DNA of 64,000 nt from Bacteroidales bacterium (GCA_046329885.1 JAXLTU010000009.1:1703-65702), one strand, 5' to 3'. Numbered from the stretch's first letter, positions 35,990-45,623 are shown. Notes: a model not told the origin generated them from the letters alone. A program made the numbers and translations.

Positions 35990-38900
35990 ATGGAAACACA
36001 ACTACAGAAAGAGTTCAAAGTTGATTTCGTTTACTCTCGGGTAATTAGTTTTTCAATGCAACAGAATCACATTCCTGTTATTAGAAAACTACTCATTACA
36101 AATTCAACGGGAACAGATATTCAAAACATTAATATTGAATTGAATTTCGAGCCGGAATTTTCAACACCAATTTCTACAAAAGTTTTATTTCTAAAAGAAG
36201 GCGAATCGATACACATAAACAACTTTGACCTGAAACTTTCACCGAAGTTTCTTTCTGAACTATCAGAAAAAATATCTGGCAAAATAAAATTCACAATACA
36301 AAAGGAAGCTGAAATTCTATTTAATAATGAATATCTTATTGATGTTTTAGCCTTTGATCAATGGCAAGGAATATCCATTCTTCCTGAGACAATTTCTTCC
36401 TTCATTACACCTAATAATCCCAACATCTCAAGAATAATTTCACGGGCCTCTGAAATATTAAACATATGGACTGGAAATCCCTCCCTTGATGAATATCAGA
36501 GTAGGAATCCTGATAGAGTTAAAAAACAAATGGCTGCAATATATGAGGCTATACGGGAACTTGAAATAGTATATTGTCCACCACCGGCAAGCTTTGAGGA
36601 ATCCGGTCAAAGGATTAGGATGATTGATACCTTGTTAAACCAAAAATTAGGGACATGTCTTGACTTATCCTTATTATACTCCTCTTGTATTGAAGCAATT
36701 GGAATCAATCCATTATTTATTGTTATCAAAGGACACGCTTTTGCTGGAGCCTGGCTCATTGATGATACGTTCCCAGATAGTATAAATGATGATTTCTCCT
36801 TACTTACGAAAAGAATCGCCGATGGTATAAATGAAGTACTATTGGTGGAGACTACTTGTATGAATAGTGGAAGCTCGATTACTTTTGATGATGCAGTTAA
36901 AGCGGGAAATTATCATCTAGTGAAAAGCGAAGATTTTATTCTTTTCGTTGATATAAAAAGATCGAGGTTTGCTGGGATAAGACCTCTTCCTCAAAGAATT
37001 AAAACTGATTTGGGTTGGGAATTCTCAGATGATCAAAAATCCATAACATTCACAGAATCACCCGAAGAAATATTGCCAGATAATATTATAATTGATTATC
37101 AACCAAAAGAATTTTCAAAGCAGCAGCTATGGGAACGTAAGCTTCTTGATCTGAGCCTCAGAAATAATTTGCTTAATACCAGAATAACCAAAAGTACAAT
37201 TCAGTTAATTTCAGTCAGCCTAAATTTACTTGAGGATTCGCTTTCTGCCGGAGAAGAATTTCAACTATTACCAAAACCTTCTGACTGGGAGAATCCATTT
37301 AGAATAGCAGGGGTGTATCAAACTTTAAATCAGACTGATCCGGTAATTGATCTTGTAAAAAATGAACTTTCTCAAAAACGTTTACGGACTTACCTTACTG
37401 AAACAGAACTTTCTCATGGACTTACTAACCTCTATCGGTCCTCTAAGCTTTCATTGGAAGAAAATGGTGCAAACACTCTTTATCTGTGTATAGGTCTTTT
37501 GAAATGGTTTGAGACCCCTGTAAGTGAGCAGCCAAGGTTTTCCCCTCTTTTACTAATACCTGTTGATATAATAAGAAAATCTGCTCTTAAAGGATATGTA
37601 ATAAGAAGCAGAGAGGAAGATATTTTGATGAATATCACACTAGTTGAAATGCTGAGGCAGGATTTTAAAATAAATATTACCGGCCTTGATCCCTTACCAA
37701 AAGATGAGAGCGGTGTTGATGTTAAAAGAACTTTTAATATTCTCCGTCAATTTATTATGGGACAGAACCGATGGGACATAGAGGAACAAGCTATCCTGGG
37801 TATCTTTTCATTTAATAAGTTTATAATGTGGAACGACATCCACAACAATGCTGATAAGCTTTCTGAAAATAAAATAGTAACAAGTTTAATTTCAGGGAAG
37901 GCTCAATGGGACGTAACATCAAATCAAATTTTGCCAGAAGATCTGGATTTGAAATATCATCCTTCAGAATTAATTCTACCTATAAGTGCTGACTCTTCAC
38001 AATTAAATGCAATAAGCGCATCCAGTCAAGATAAAAGTTTCATTCTACATGGACCTCCGGGGACAGGAAAATCTCAAACAATTACTAATATTATTGCCAA
38101 TGCTCTGTATTCAGGAAGGAAGGTACTTTTTGTTGCTGAAAAAATGGCCGCACTTGAGGTCGTTCAACGAAAACTAGAAGGAATAGGTATCGCTCCTTTT
38201 TGTCTGGAATTACATTCCAAAAAAACCAAGAAATCAGTTCTTCTTGAACAATTGAAAAGAACAACTGAAATCGTTCGTAAAACTTCACCAGAAGATTTTT
38301 TAACTGAAGCTGAACGAATATTCCAAATAAGAAAAGAGCTTAATCATTATGTTGATTCTTTACATAAAAAATATCCTTTTGGATTTTCTCTATTTGAAGC
38401 GTTTTCAGGTTATGCCTCTATTCGGGCATTCCCAACTGAAATTAAATTTGAAAAAGGTGTTATCGATTCGCTTACAAGAGAAAAGGTAAGAATCTGGACC
38501 GAACTTGCCGAAGAGTTGAAAGCTGCAGGAATTATGTGCGGGGAACCTCATAATCATCCATTAAGAGCAATTCGCACTACTTCATATTCGACACAAATTA
38601 AATCAGATGCTAAACTCCAAATTGATAGATACTATACAGCTGTAAAAGAGCTAAATCTCAATACAATTGCAGTCCAGAAAGTGCTAAATACAAAAATTGA
38701 AATTAAGCAAAGATCACAAATTATAGCACTGAATGAAATTTGTAAAATTTTGGAATTATCCTCAGATGTTCCATCCTCACTACTTATATTAAAGGACTTA
38801 GATGAATCTATTAAAATAATAATCAGCATAGCCCAGCATGGTAAAAATCGAAACAAATTAAGAGAGGATTTACTTGAATCATTTACAAAGGGGATATTAA

Positions 38901-41833
38901 ATATTGATGCAGAAAATTTAATAGTTGAATGGAAAGTATCACTTACAAAATGGCTTATTCCAAGGTTTTTTCATCAAAGAAGTATAATTAAGATCCTTAA
39001 AACACTGTCAATTAATAGAAAAATAAGCACATCCGCTATTGAGCCAATTTTAAATAAGATAATAGAATATCAGCAGGAACAAAGTCAGATAGAAGCCCAA
39101 ACTAGCTATTTAGCACCTATTCTGGGCTTAAAATGGCAAGGTGGAGAAGGTGATTGGATGGAAATTGAGAATTCCTGTCTCATTATATCAAAACTAAATT
39201 CTTTATTACTAGCATTTTCGCTAAATCCAATAAAGGCTAAGGAAATAAGAGAATCACTAGCTAATTGTTTACTGGAAGGTTACAAAGCTTTTCATTCAGC
39301 TTACAAAGAGACTTTTCATATTCTTCAAGAGAGCTTTAAAAGTGTTTTTGAGATTGAAAGAATTCTAAATGAATTACTTGTTATTGACTTTGAACAGATT
39401 GAAATCATTAAAGAAATCCACTTAGAGAATTTACTTGAACATTGTAATAACTGGAAAAGCAGAATCGATTCCTTAAGAGATTGGGCAGGGTGGAATAAAA
39501 CTGTACTTAACGTTAGAAAGGAAGGATTGGACCAGCTTGTTAGAGATTTTGAGAATGGATCCATTCAGGGCCAGGATATTGTAGAATATTTTACAAAGAA
39601 TCTTTATCGCAATTTTGCAGATTTTATAATTGATAAGGATATTCTACTTTCTTCTTTCAATGGTAAGCTTTTTGACGAGAAGATCAGAAAGTTTCGGCAG
39701 TTCAATAAAAGATTTGAAAAACTGACCAGGGATGAATTATATGCAAAATTAGCATCAAAGGTTCCATCTTTCGCACTGGAAGTAGCTCAGAGTTCTGAAA
39801 TTGGAATCTTACAACGAAATATCAGGAATAATGGTAGAGGTATGAGTATTCGAAAGCTTTTTGACACCATTCCAACTTTGATTACTCGGATTTCCCCCTG
39901 TATGTTAATGAGTCCAATTTCTGTGGCACAGTATATTGATATTTCTAATTTTAAATTTGACTTGATAATTTTCGATGAAGCATCTCAAATGCCCACAAGT
40001 GAAGCTGTTAGTGCAATAGCAAGAGGAAATAATCTTATTGTTGTTGGTGACCCAAAGCAAATGCCTCCAACTAATTTCTTTTCGACAAACAATATTGATG
40101 AAGAAAACATTGAAAAAGAGGATATGGAAAGTATACTCGATGACGGTCTTGCATTGTCATTACCTTCAATCCATTTACTCTGGCATTATCGAAGTAAACA
40201 CGAAAGTCTGATTACATTCAGTAATTCTCAATTTTATGAAAATAGCCTTTTGACTTTTCCCTCGCCTGACGATCTAACGACAAAAGTCAAATTCATACAT
40301 ATTCCAGGGTATTATGATCGTGGTAAATCAAGGCAAAACAGTTTTGAAGCCAAAGCAGTAGTAGAAGAGATTATTACAAGGCTTTCAGATCCTACCCTTT
40401 CAAAAATGAGTATAGGAGTAGTTACTTTTAGCTCTGTCCAGCAAATTCTTATTGACGATATGCTAACTGAAGCATTCAAGTTAAGACCCGATCTAGAATT
40501 AATAGCAACTGAATCAAATGAGCCTATTTTTATTAAAAACCTTGAGAATGTCCAAGGTGATGAACGGGACGTTATTTTATTCTCTGTCGGCTATGGGCCT
40601 GACAAAGACAACAAAGTAAATCTAAACTTTGGTCCATTAAATCGCGAAGGAGGATGGCGTAGGTTAAATGTTGCAGTCTCTCGTGCAAGATATGAAATGA
40701 AAGTTTTTTCTACGCTTAAGTCTGAGCAAATTGATATAACCAGAACGGCCTCTGTAGGTGTCTCGGGATTAAAAGCATTTCTTGAGTATGCCGAAAAGGG
40801 TAAAAGTTCTTTAACAATGCCAAAAGTAAATCAAAAAGCACACGATATAGGTTTAATTGCAAGTCTTTCTAGTAGATTAACAATGGAAGGATTCGAAGTA
40901 CGAACCAATATTGGAAGCTCTGGTTTCAAAATTGATATAGGAATTATAAATCCTAAGACCCCTTCAAAATATTTACTGGGAATATTATGTGATGGGCCCA
41001 ATTATAGAGATTCTAAGACCGCAAAAGATCGAGAGATAATTCAATCAGAAGTACTTGGCTTATTAGGATGGAATATCTATAAAGTTTGGTCATGTGATTG
41101 GTGGGACGATCAGGAAAAAGTATTAAAGGAGATTATTCAGGCAATCAACGATCCAACATCATCAAAAATAGAACCTGAGGTGATACCATCTCCGCTGATA
41201 AAAACAGAGATTCCAATTGTGATTACAAATAAAGTTGAGAAAAGTGTTAATGCCTCATCTCAATCTAAGTATAAACAACAATATAATATATGCAATCTAC
41301 CCCTTCAGATTCGTTCTCCTCAATTTGATCTGCTTAGTTCAGATAGATTTAAGTCAACAGTTGGAGTAGATATTTTGTTAATTCTTGAAAAGGAAGCTCC
41401 CATCAGCAAGGAGTTATTATGTCGTAGAATTTTGGACTCATGGTCAATTAGCAGACTTGGATCAAGAATTGACTCCTATTTTAGTACCCTTTTTAAACAA
41501 CTAGGACTTAAATATACTGATGGCGGACGACGTTTTTATTGGTATGAAAATCAAATCCCAGATTCTTATTCTTATTATCGTGTCTCAGAACTCGAATCTC
41601 AAAGGCGTGATGCAATTGATATTTCACCAGAGGAAGTCTCAAATGCAATTCACGAAATCCTAGAGAATATGATCAGCCTTAATAAGACTGATCTCGTTAA
41701 AGAGTCCGCAAAAATTTTTGGTTTTAATCGGATAGGAGGGAATGTAGAAACATCGATGAATCAAGGAATAATCAAGGCTGTAAATCGTGGTTTTGCCCTT
41801 ATTGAAGGTGAACGTGTATTTCTAAAGGAGTAA
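35990..41833 (+). CDS. 1947-aa multidomain protein: transglutaminase-like core + DUF4011-like + SF1 (Upf1/AAA_11-AAA_12) helicase + Vsr/DUF559-type endonuclease fold + DUF3320-like C-terminus
   Basis: LGTC223LDLSLLYSSCIEAIGINP..KGH249AFAGAWLIDD; WERKLLDLSLRNNLLN; Walker A GPPGTGK694S; LIIFDE1330ASQM; VVGDPKQMPP; WHYRSKHESLITFSN; VQGDERDVILFSV; LNVAVSRARYEM; GFKIDIGI..LGILCDGPNY..W; tail ISKELLCRRILDSW. Confidence 0.85.
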   Translation: METQLQKEFKVDFVYSRVISFSMQQNHIPVIRKLLITNSTGTDIQNINIELNFEPEFSTPISTKVLFLKEGESIHINNFDLKLSPKFLSELSEKISGKIKFTIQKEAEILFNNEYLIDVLAFDQWQGISILPETISSFITPNNPNISRIISRASEILNIWTGNPSLDEYQSRNPDRVKKQMAAIYEAIRELEIVYCPPPASFEESGQRIRMIDTLLNQKLGTCLDLSLLYSSCIEAIGINPLFIVIKGHAFAGAWLIDDTFPDSINDDFSLLTKRIADGINEVLLVETTCMNSGSSITFDDAVKAGNYHLVKSEDFILFVDIKRSRFAGIRPLPQRIKTDLGWEFSDDQKSITFTESPEEILPDNIIIDYQPKEFSKQQLWERKLLDLSLRNNLLNTRITKSTIQLISVSLNLLEDSLSAGEEFQLLPKPSDWENPFRIAGVYQTLNQTDPVIDLVKNELSQKRLRTYLTETELSHGLTNLYRSSKLSLEENGANTLYLCIGLLKWFETPVSEQPRFSPLLLIPVDIIRKSALKGYVIRSREEDILMNITLVEMLRQDFKINITGLDPLPKDESGVDVKRTFNILRQFIMGQNRWDIEEQAILGIFSFNKFIMWNDIHNNADKLSENKIVTSLISGKAQWDVTSNQILPEDLDLKYHPSELILPISADSSQLNAISASSQDKSFILHGPPGTGKSQTITNIIANALYSGRKVLFVAEKMAALEVVQRKLEGIGIAPFCLELHSKKTKKSVLLEQLKRTTEIVRKTSPEDFLTEAERIFQIRKELNHYVDSLHKKYPFGFSLFEAFSGYASIRAFPTEIKFEKGVIDSLTREKVRIWTELAEELKAAGIMCGEPHNHPLRAIRTTSYSTQIKSDAKLQIDRYYTAVKELNLNTIAVQKVLNTKIEIKQRSQIIALNEICKILELSSDVPSSLLILKDLDESIKIIISIAQHGKNRNKLREDLLESFTKGILNIDAENLIVEWKVSLTKWLIPRFFHQRSIIKILKTLSINRKISTSAIEPILNKIIEYQQEQSQIEAQTSYLAPILGLKWQGGEGDWMEIENSCLIISKLNSLLLAFSLNPIKAKEIRESLANCLLEGYKAFHSAYKETFHILQESFKSVFEIERILNELLVIDFEQIEIIKEIHLENLLEHCNNWKSRIDSLRDWAGWNKTVLNVRKEGLDQLVRDFENGSIQGQDIVEYFTKNLYRNFADFIIDKDILLSSFNGKLFDEKIRKFRQFNKRFEKLTRDELYAKLASKVPSFALEVAQSSEIGILQRNIRNNGRGMSIRKLFDTIPTLITRISPCMLMSPISVAQYIDISNFKFDLIIFDEASQMPTSEAVSAIARGNNLIVVGDPKQMPPTNFFSTNNIDEENIEKEDMESILDDGLALSLPSIHLLWHYRSKHESLITFSNSQFYENSLLTFPSPDDLTTKVKFIHIPGYYDRGKSRQNSFEAKAVVEEIITRLSDPTLSKMSIGVVTFSSVQQILIDDMLTEAFKLRPDLELIATESNEPIFIKNLENVQGDERDVILFSVGYGPDKDNKVNLNFGPLNREGGWRRLNVAVSRARYEMKVFSTLKSEQIDITRTASVGVSGLKAFLEYAEKGKSSLTMPKVNQKAHDIGLIASLSSRLTMEGFEVRTNIGSSGFKIDIGIINPKTPSKYLLGILCDGPNYRDSKTAKDREIIQSEVLGLLGWNIYKVWSCDWWDDQEKVLKEIIQAINDPTSSKIEPEVIPSPLIKTEIPIVITNKVEKSVNASSQSKYKQQYNICNLPLQIRSPQFDLLSSDRFKSTVGVDILLILEKEAPISKELLCRRILDSWSISRLGSRIDSYFSTLFKQLGLKYTDGGRRFYWYENQIPDSYSYYRVSELESQRRDAIDISPEEVSNAIHEILENMISLNKTDLVKESAKIFGFNRIGGNVETSMNQGIIKAVNRGFALIEGERVFLKE

Positions 41834-41849
41834 GGAAACAATACATATT

Positions 41850-42650
41850 ATGAAGCAAAAGATCTATCATTTGATCGAGAAAGGTTCTCATGGATCCAAA
41901 GTTAATCTCTTATTCGATTACTTTATTATAATCCTGATTATATCAAATGTAATCGCTATAGCCATAGATACCCTTACCGGCTTATCTGACCAATTGCGAT
42001 ATGAGTTGAAAATCTTTGAGATTACTTCTGTAATAATTTTCTCGATAGAATATATGTTAAGAATTTATATATCTGATATTACACATCCGGCTAAAAGCAA
42101 AAAGGCATCAGTAATTAAGTTCATATTCTCTCCTTTTGGTATTATTGATATGTTGGCAATACTTCCTTTCTATATTCCTTTTATTATTAAGGTTGACCTA
42201 AGATTCTTAAGAATCATTAGGTTAATAAGGTTTTTCAGAGTTCTAAAAATTAACAGATATAATTCAACCCTGGTATTATTTAGAGATGTTTTAAAAGAAA
42301 AAAGAGCCGAGATTGGGATGACCTTTTTCATAGTCTTTATCTTACTTCTTATTTCCTCATTTTTAATGTATAGTGTTGAGAATTCAGTACAACCAGATAA
42401 ATTTCAAAATGTGTTTGCATCATTATGGTGGGCAGTTGCTACTCTTACCACAGTTGGCTACGGAGATCTTTACCCAATAACAACATTGGGCAAAATAATA
42501 AGTGGAATAGTCTCAATCTTAGGAATTGGGCTCATTGCCTTACCAACTGGCATAATAAGTGCAGGTTTCATCGGAAAGATTAGTCAAACAAAAAAAGACA
42601 TGAATACACATGTTTGTCCACATTGTGGTAAAGAAGTTAACATGATATAA
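41850..42650 (+). CDS. voltage-gated-type (6-TM) K+ channel
   Basis: S4-like LRFLRIIRLIRFFRVLK with Arg/Lys every third residue (nt 42201..42257). Selectivity filter TTVGYGD (nt 42447..42467). C-terminal CPHCGK. Starts 17 nt after the helicase stop. Confidence 0.85.
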   Translation: MKQKIYHLIEKGSHGSKVNLLFDYFIIILIISNVIAIAIDTLTGLSDQLRYELKIFEITSVIIFSIEYMLRIYISDITHPAKSKKASVIKFIFSPFGIIDMLAILPFYIPFIIKVDLRFLRIIRLIRFFRVLKINRYNSTLVLFRDVLKEKRAEIGMTFFIVFILLLISSFLMYSVENSVQPDKFQNVFASLWWAVATLTTVGYGDLYPITTLGKIISGIVSILGIGLIALPTGIISAGFIGKISQTKKDMNTHVCPHCGKEVNMI

Positions 42651-42656
42651 AAGAAT

Positions 42657-42858
42657 CATCCCGTCACTTCGCTGTCAAGTACATTACACAGAAAGTAATA
42701 CTTCGTTCTGAATTAAGTTCTCAGGGTTGTGTAAAGAGCCTTCCAGCCCGTCCCTGCCAGTCGGCGAGACAGGCGGTTAGAGTAGAAAGTTCTAATACAT
42801 CATGACAACTCCAAAATATTCCCAACAGCTAACTCATTGGCGGATGTAATTAGCTGTT
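42657..42858. repeat. island-boundary repeat, copy 3
   Basis: Colinear with 34159..34354. Contains local stems CAGCTAA/TTAGCTG and CGGATGT/ACATCCG. Confidence 0.8.
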
Positions 42859-43114
42859 TAACATCCGTATAAATAAGACTCAGCATATTACACTTGCCAG
42901 CAAAGTTTCGATAAAAAGAGGTCAATATTACTAATTGGCTAGTCACACTTCATCCCAGACCTTCCATCAGTCATCGTCCGGTTACACAATATCAAATTAT
43001 TGAAAGCAGTGTAGCTAGTGAGAGCAAACATCCCACGTTTATTTTATAAGTTTTTCTCGTGCAGCTTTCTGATATTCAGCCAGTCTTTGTGATGTTAACC
43101 GAACGTCTCGAAGC

Positions 43115-44155
43115 ATGAAGAAGGTAATTTTTGCCCTGTCGATAATCCTGATAATACCCGCATGTTCTCAACAAGCCCCCGGCGATAAAGAGGTAAAGCT
43201 CTTCCTGGGAGAGGCAACGGAAAAGGCAAACGCGGTAAACAAAACCCTGATACTTGAATTCTGGGCCCCGGAGTGCGGTCCATGCATGAGGCTCAAACGC
43301 GACATCTTCGAAAATGAGAATACGAAAGATCTTTTGTCATCAGCCTTTTATCTTGTCCAGGTCTCTCCCGCCGATTCTATTTACAGGAAGCTATGGAACC
43401 ATTTTCATCTGGTATATCAAAGTACAGTGGTCTTTTTTGATAAGTCGGGTAATGAGATTGACCGCACCGTGAGCTATGACGGTAACCGGGATTCCTACCT
43501 CAACTTTCTGAAAGATGTCGCCTCCGGCAATAACCTTTTTGTGAATGTTTACCAGGCCTTTCTTAAAGACTCATCCGATGTCACGATCAATTACCTCCTC
43601 GCTAACAAGTTTTTTTTCAGAAACCAGCTAAAAGATGCATATTACCGGTACAACCGCGTGACAGAGCTCGATCCGGCTGATAAATCCGGGTTTAATTCAG
43701 AATGCGTCTATAAAATGGCTGAATGCGATTTTTTGCAGAAGGGTAGCCTGGAGAAAATGAAAGATTTTTTAAAAAATGATCCGGGTGGCAGGTTTGCTCC
43801 AAAGGCCTATGAATACCTTATCGGTGATCTGATCAATAAAAAGGATACTTCTAACTGTCTGGCAGCGTGCGAAACGGCATTTCAAAAACATCCCGGCAGC
43901 TGGGAGATATTAAACAAATACGCCTGGGCTATCTGTACCTTCAAAAAGGAAAAGGATTACGAAAAAGCCCTCGCGATGGCCCGGAAATCAATTGAACTGA
44001 ACCCGTTCCGCGCCGGTACTTACTCTACCGAGGCCTGGATCCACTTCGAAATGGGAAACAAGGAAAAGGCAATCGAGCTCCAGACTAAGGCAATTGAGAT
44101 CTATCCTAATCCATCCTACCTAAACGATCTGGAGAAATTTAAGACAAGTCGTTAA
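43115..44155 (+). CDS. thioredoxin-fold lipoprotein with C-terminal TPR repeats
   Basis: Lipobox IIPAC, CxxC in EFWAPECGPCMRL, TPR-like ALAMARKSIELNPFRAGTYSTEAWIHFEMGNKEKAIELQTKAIEIYP. Confidence 0.7.
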   Translation: MKKVIFALSIILIIPACSQQAPGDKEVKLFLGEATEKANAVNKTLILEFWAPECGPCMRLKRDIFENENTKDLLSSAFYLVQVSPADSIYRKLWNHFHLVYQSTVVFFDKSGNEIDRTVSYDGNRDSYLNFLKDVASGNNLFVNVYQAFLKDSSDVTINYLLANKFFFRNQLKDAYYRYNRVTELDPADKSGFNSECVYKMAECDFLQKGSLEKMKDFLKNDPGGRFAPKAYEYLIGDLINKKDTSNCLAACETAFQKHPGSWEILNKYAWAICTFKKEKDYEKALAMARKSIELNPFRAGTYSTEAWIHFEMGNKEKAIELQTKAIEIYPNPSYLNDLEKFKTSR

Positions 44156-44454
44156 GAAGGGCAGCGTAAATATTTATATCCCGATACAGAGATTTAGTTT
44201 TCGTCCTTCCTCTATTCAGGGAGCAATTATCAACATTTCCCCTCGTGTAACAAGACAAGGTTACTACTGGGTCCACTGTATCTATGTTGGTCAACATACC
44301 CCTCGATTTTCCCTTCATCACGCGAACAGCTTTGTTGAAAGCCTAGTAGTTTGTTTTCCCCGAAATCTGATATTTTCAGCCCGCCAGAGCCATTATTGAA
44401 ATGTGTGGCATCCCTATAAAGTCATTTGTGTTAACCCTTTAAAAAATTATCAAG

Positions 44455-45051
44455 ATGAAAACGATTAAATTTCTTTCTGTTATTGTTGCTTTTTTACTTA
44501 TTGGCAGTTGTACCAAAAAGGCCGAACAACTTGATTCATTACCTCCCGATGCAGTTCTGACGGCGGATACCTCTTACATCTCTAAAGATGGCTCGGCAGG
44601 GAGCAAAAGTTATGATTACTTCCACGAGCTGATGACATACGACTATGCATCAGGGACATGGTTTGCCTCATGGGGAGTAAGTTACCAGAATAATACCAGA
44701 CTCACGTTTTCCGGTCCGGCACCGGAGGATATAGATCCATGGGAACAACCATATTTTGAGCTTACAGCCGTTCAGAACGGGACCGGAACATGGCTGTCGA
44801 CTAACTCCTGGTCGATTTCATACAATATCGCCCCGGTAGGTTCGACTCAAATTCCCGTGAGAACCGAACAGACAACAATTCACAAATGGGTACTTGGTAA
44901 TGAAATTCTATATGATATCCTGATACATTACAGATATACTTATACCTACCCAAGTTTCGTGACTTATACTTCATCATGCAAAGTCTACAAAATATACAAC
45001 GACTTTTACCTGGTTAATATTGATTTTACACCTCCGGGTAACGAGGAATAA
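44455..45051 (+). CDS. hypothetical lipoprotein
   Basis: Lipobox LLIGSC; flanked by a perfect 14-bp inverted repeat (see findings). Confidence 0.6.
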   Translation: MKTIKFLSVIVAFLLIGSCTKKAEQLDSLPPDAVLTADTSYISKDGSAGSKSYDYFHELMTYDYASGTWFASWGVSYQNNTRLTFSGPAPEDIDPWEQPYFELTAVQNGTGTWLSTNSWSISYNIAPVGSTQIPVRTEQTTIHKWVLGNEILYDILIHYRYTYTYPSFVTYTSSCKVYKIYNDFYLVNIDFTPPGNEE

Positions 45052-45623
45052 ACTTTGAATCTTCACGGCGATGCCACACATTTTTTTAAATAGTTAACTG
45101 ACCGGCAATAAGAACCAGGAGTCCTAGGTAACCCATAACCTGACAGTCTCAAAAAACGGCTCGCATATGCCATAAGGGTCAAACCAAAGCAAGGCCTTCC
45201 ATTTAACCACTTACGCTTGCTTTAGCATCACCAGAGGTCAGAGACCTGTCAACCTTATGACTGCTATACCAGAGTATCCCGTCCTGAAAATGGTTGACAA
45301 TTTTTTAATTAACCCAAGGAGGATTGAGCTAGGAAATGGACAGGTACTGCGTACAAAAAATCGACGACCAGTTAAATTCACACAGTCAAAATAGATGTGA
45401 TAGAGACCTTTTAATGAAAGACAAGTGGACCAAGGTCAGGTAACAAGAAAGTAAACGGTTCATACGGGTAAAATTGTTGTTTGGGAAATAGATATGGTAG
45501 TTTAGAGTAAAATTATTTGAGAATAGAGGGAAGATATCCCGTAAAGGATTTAATTGAGTTTCGGGAAACCCTCAATGCTAACAACAAGTGAAACATGACT
45601 CTCAAGTATGTAATATTATAGTT

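Noticed and set aside
26896-43114. Search for an integrase/recombinase, tRNA or conjugation genes that would explain the island
   Set aside because: None of the ORFs in or next to the island shows tyrosine/serine recombinase, DDE or relaxase motifs, so the island cannot be called an ICE, prophage or integron from this window.
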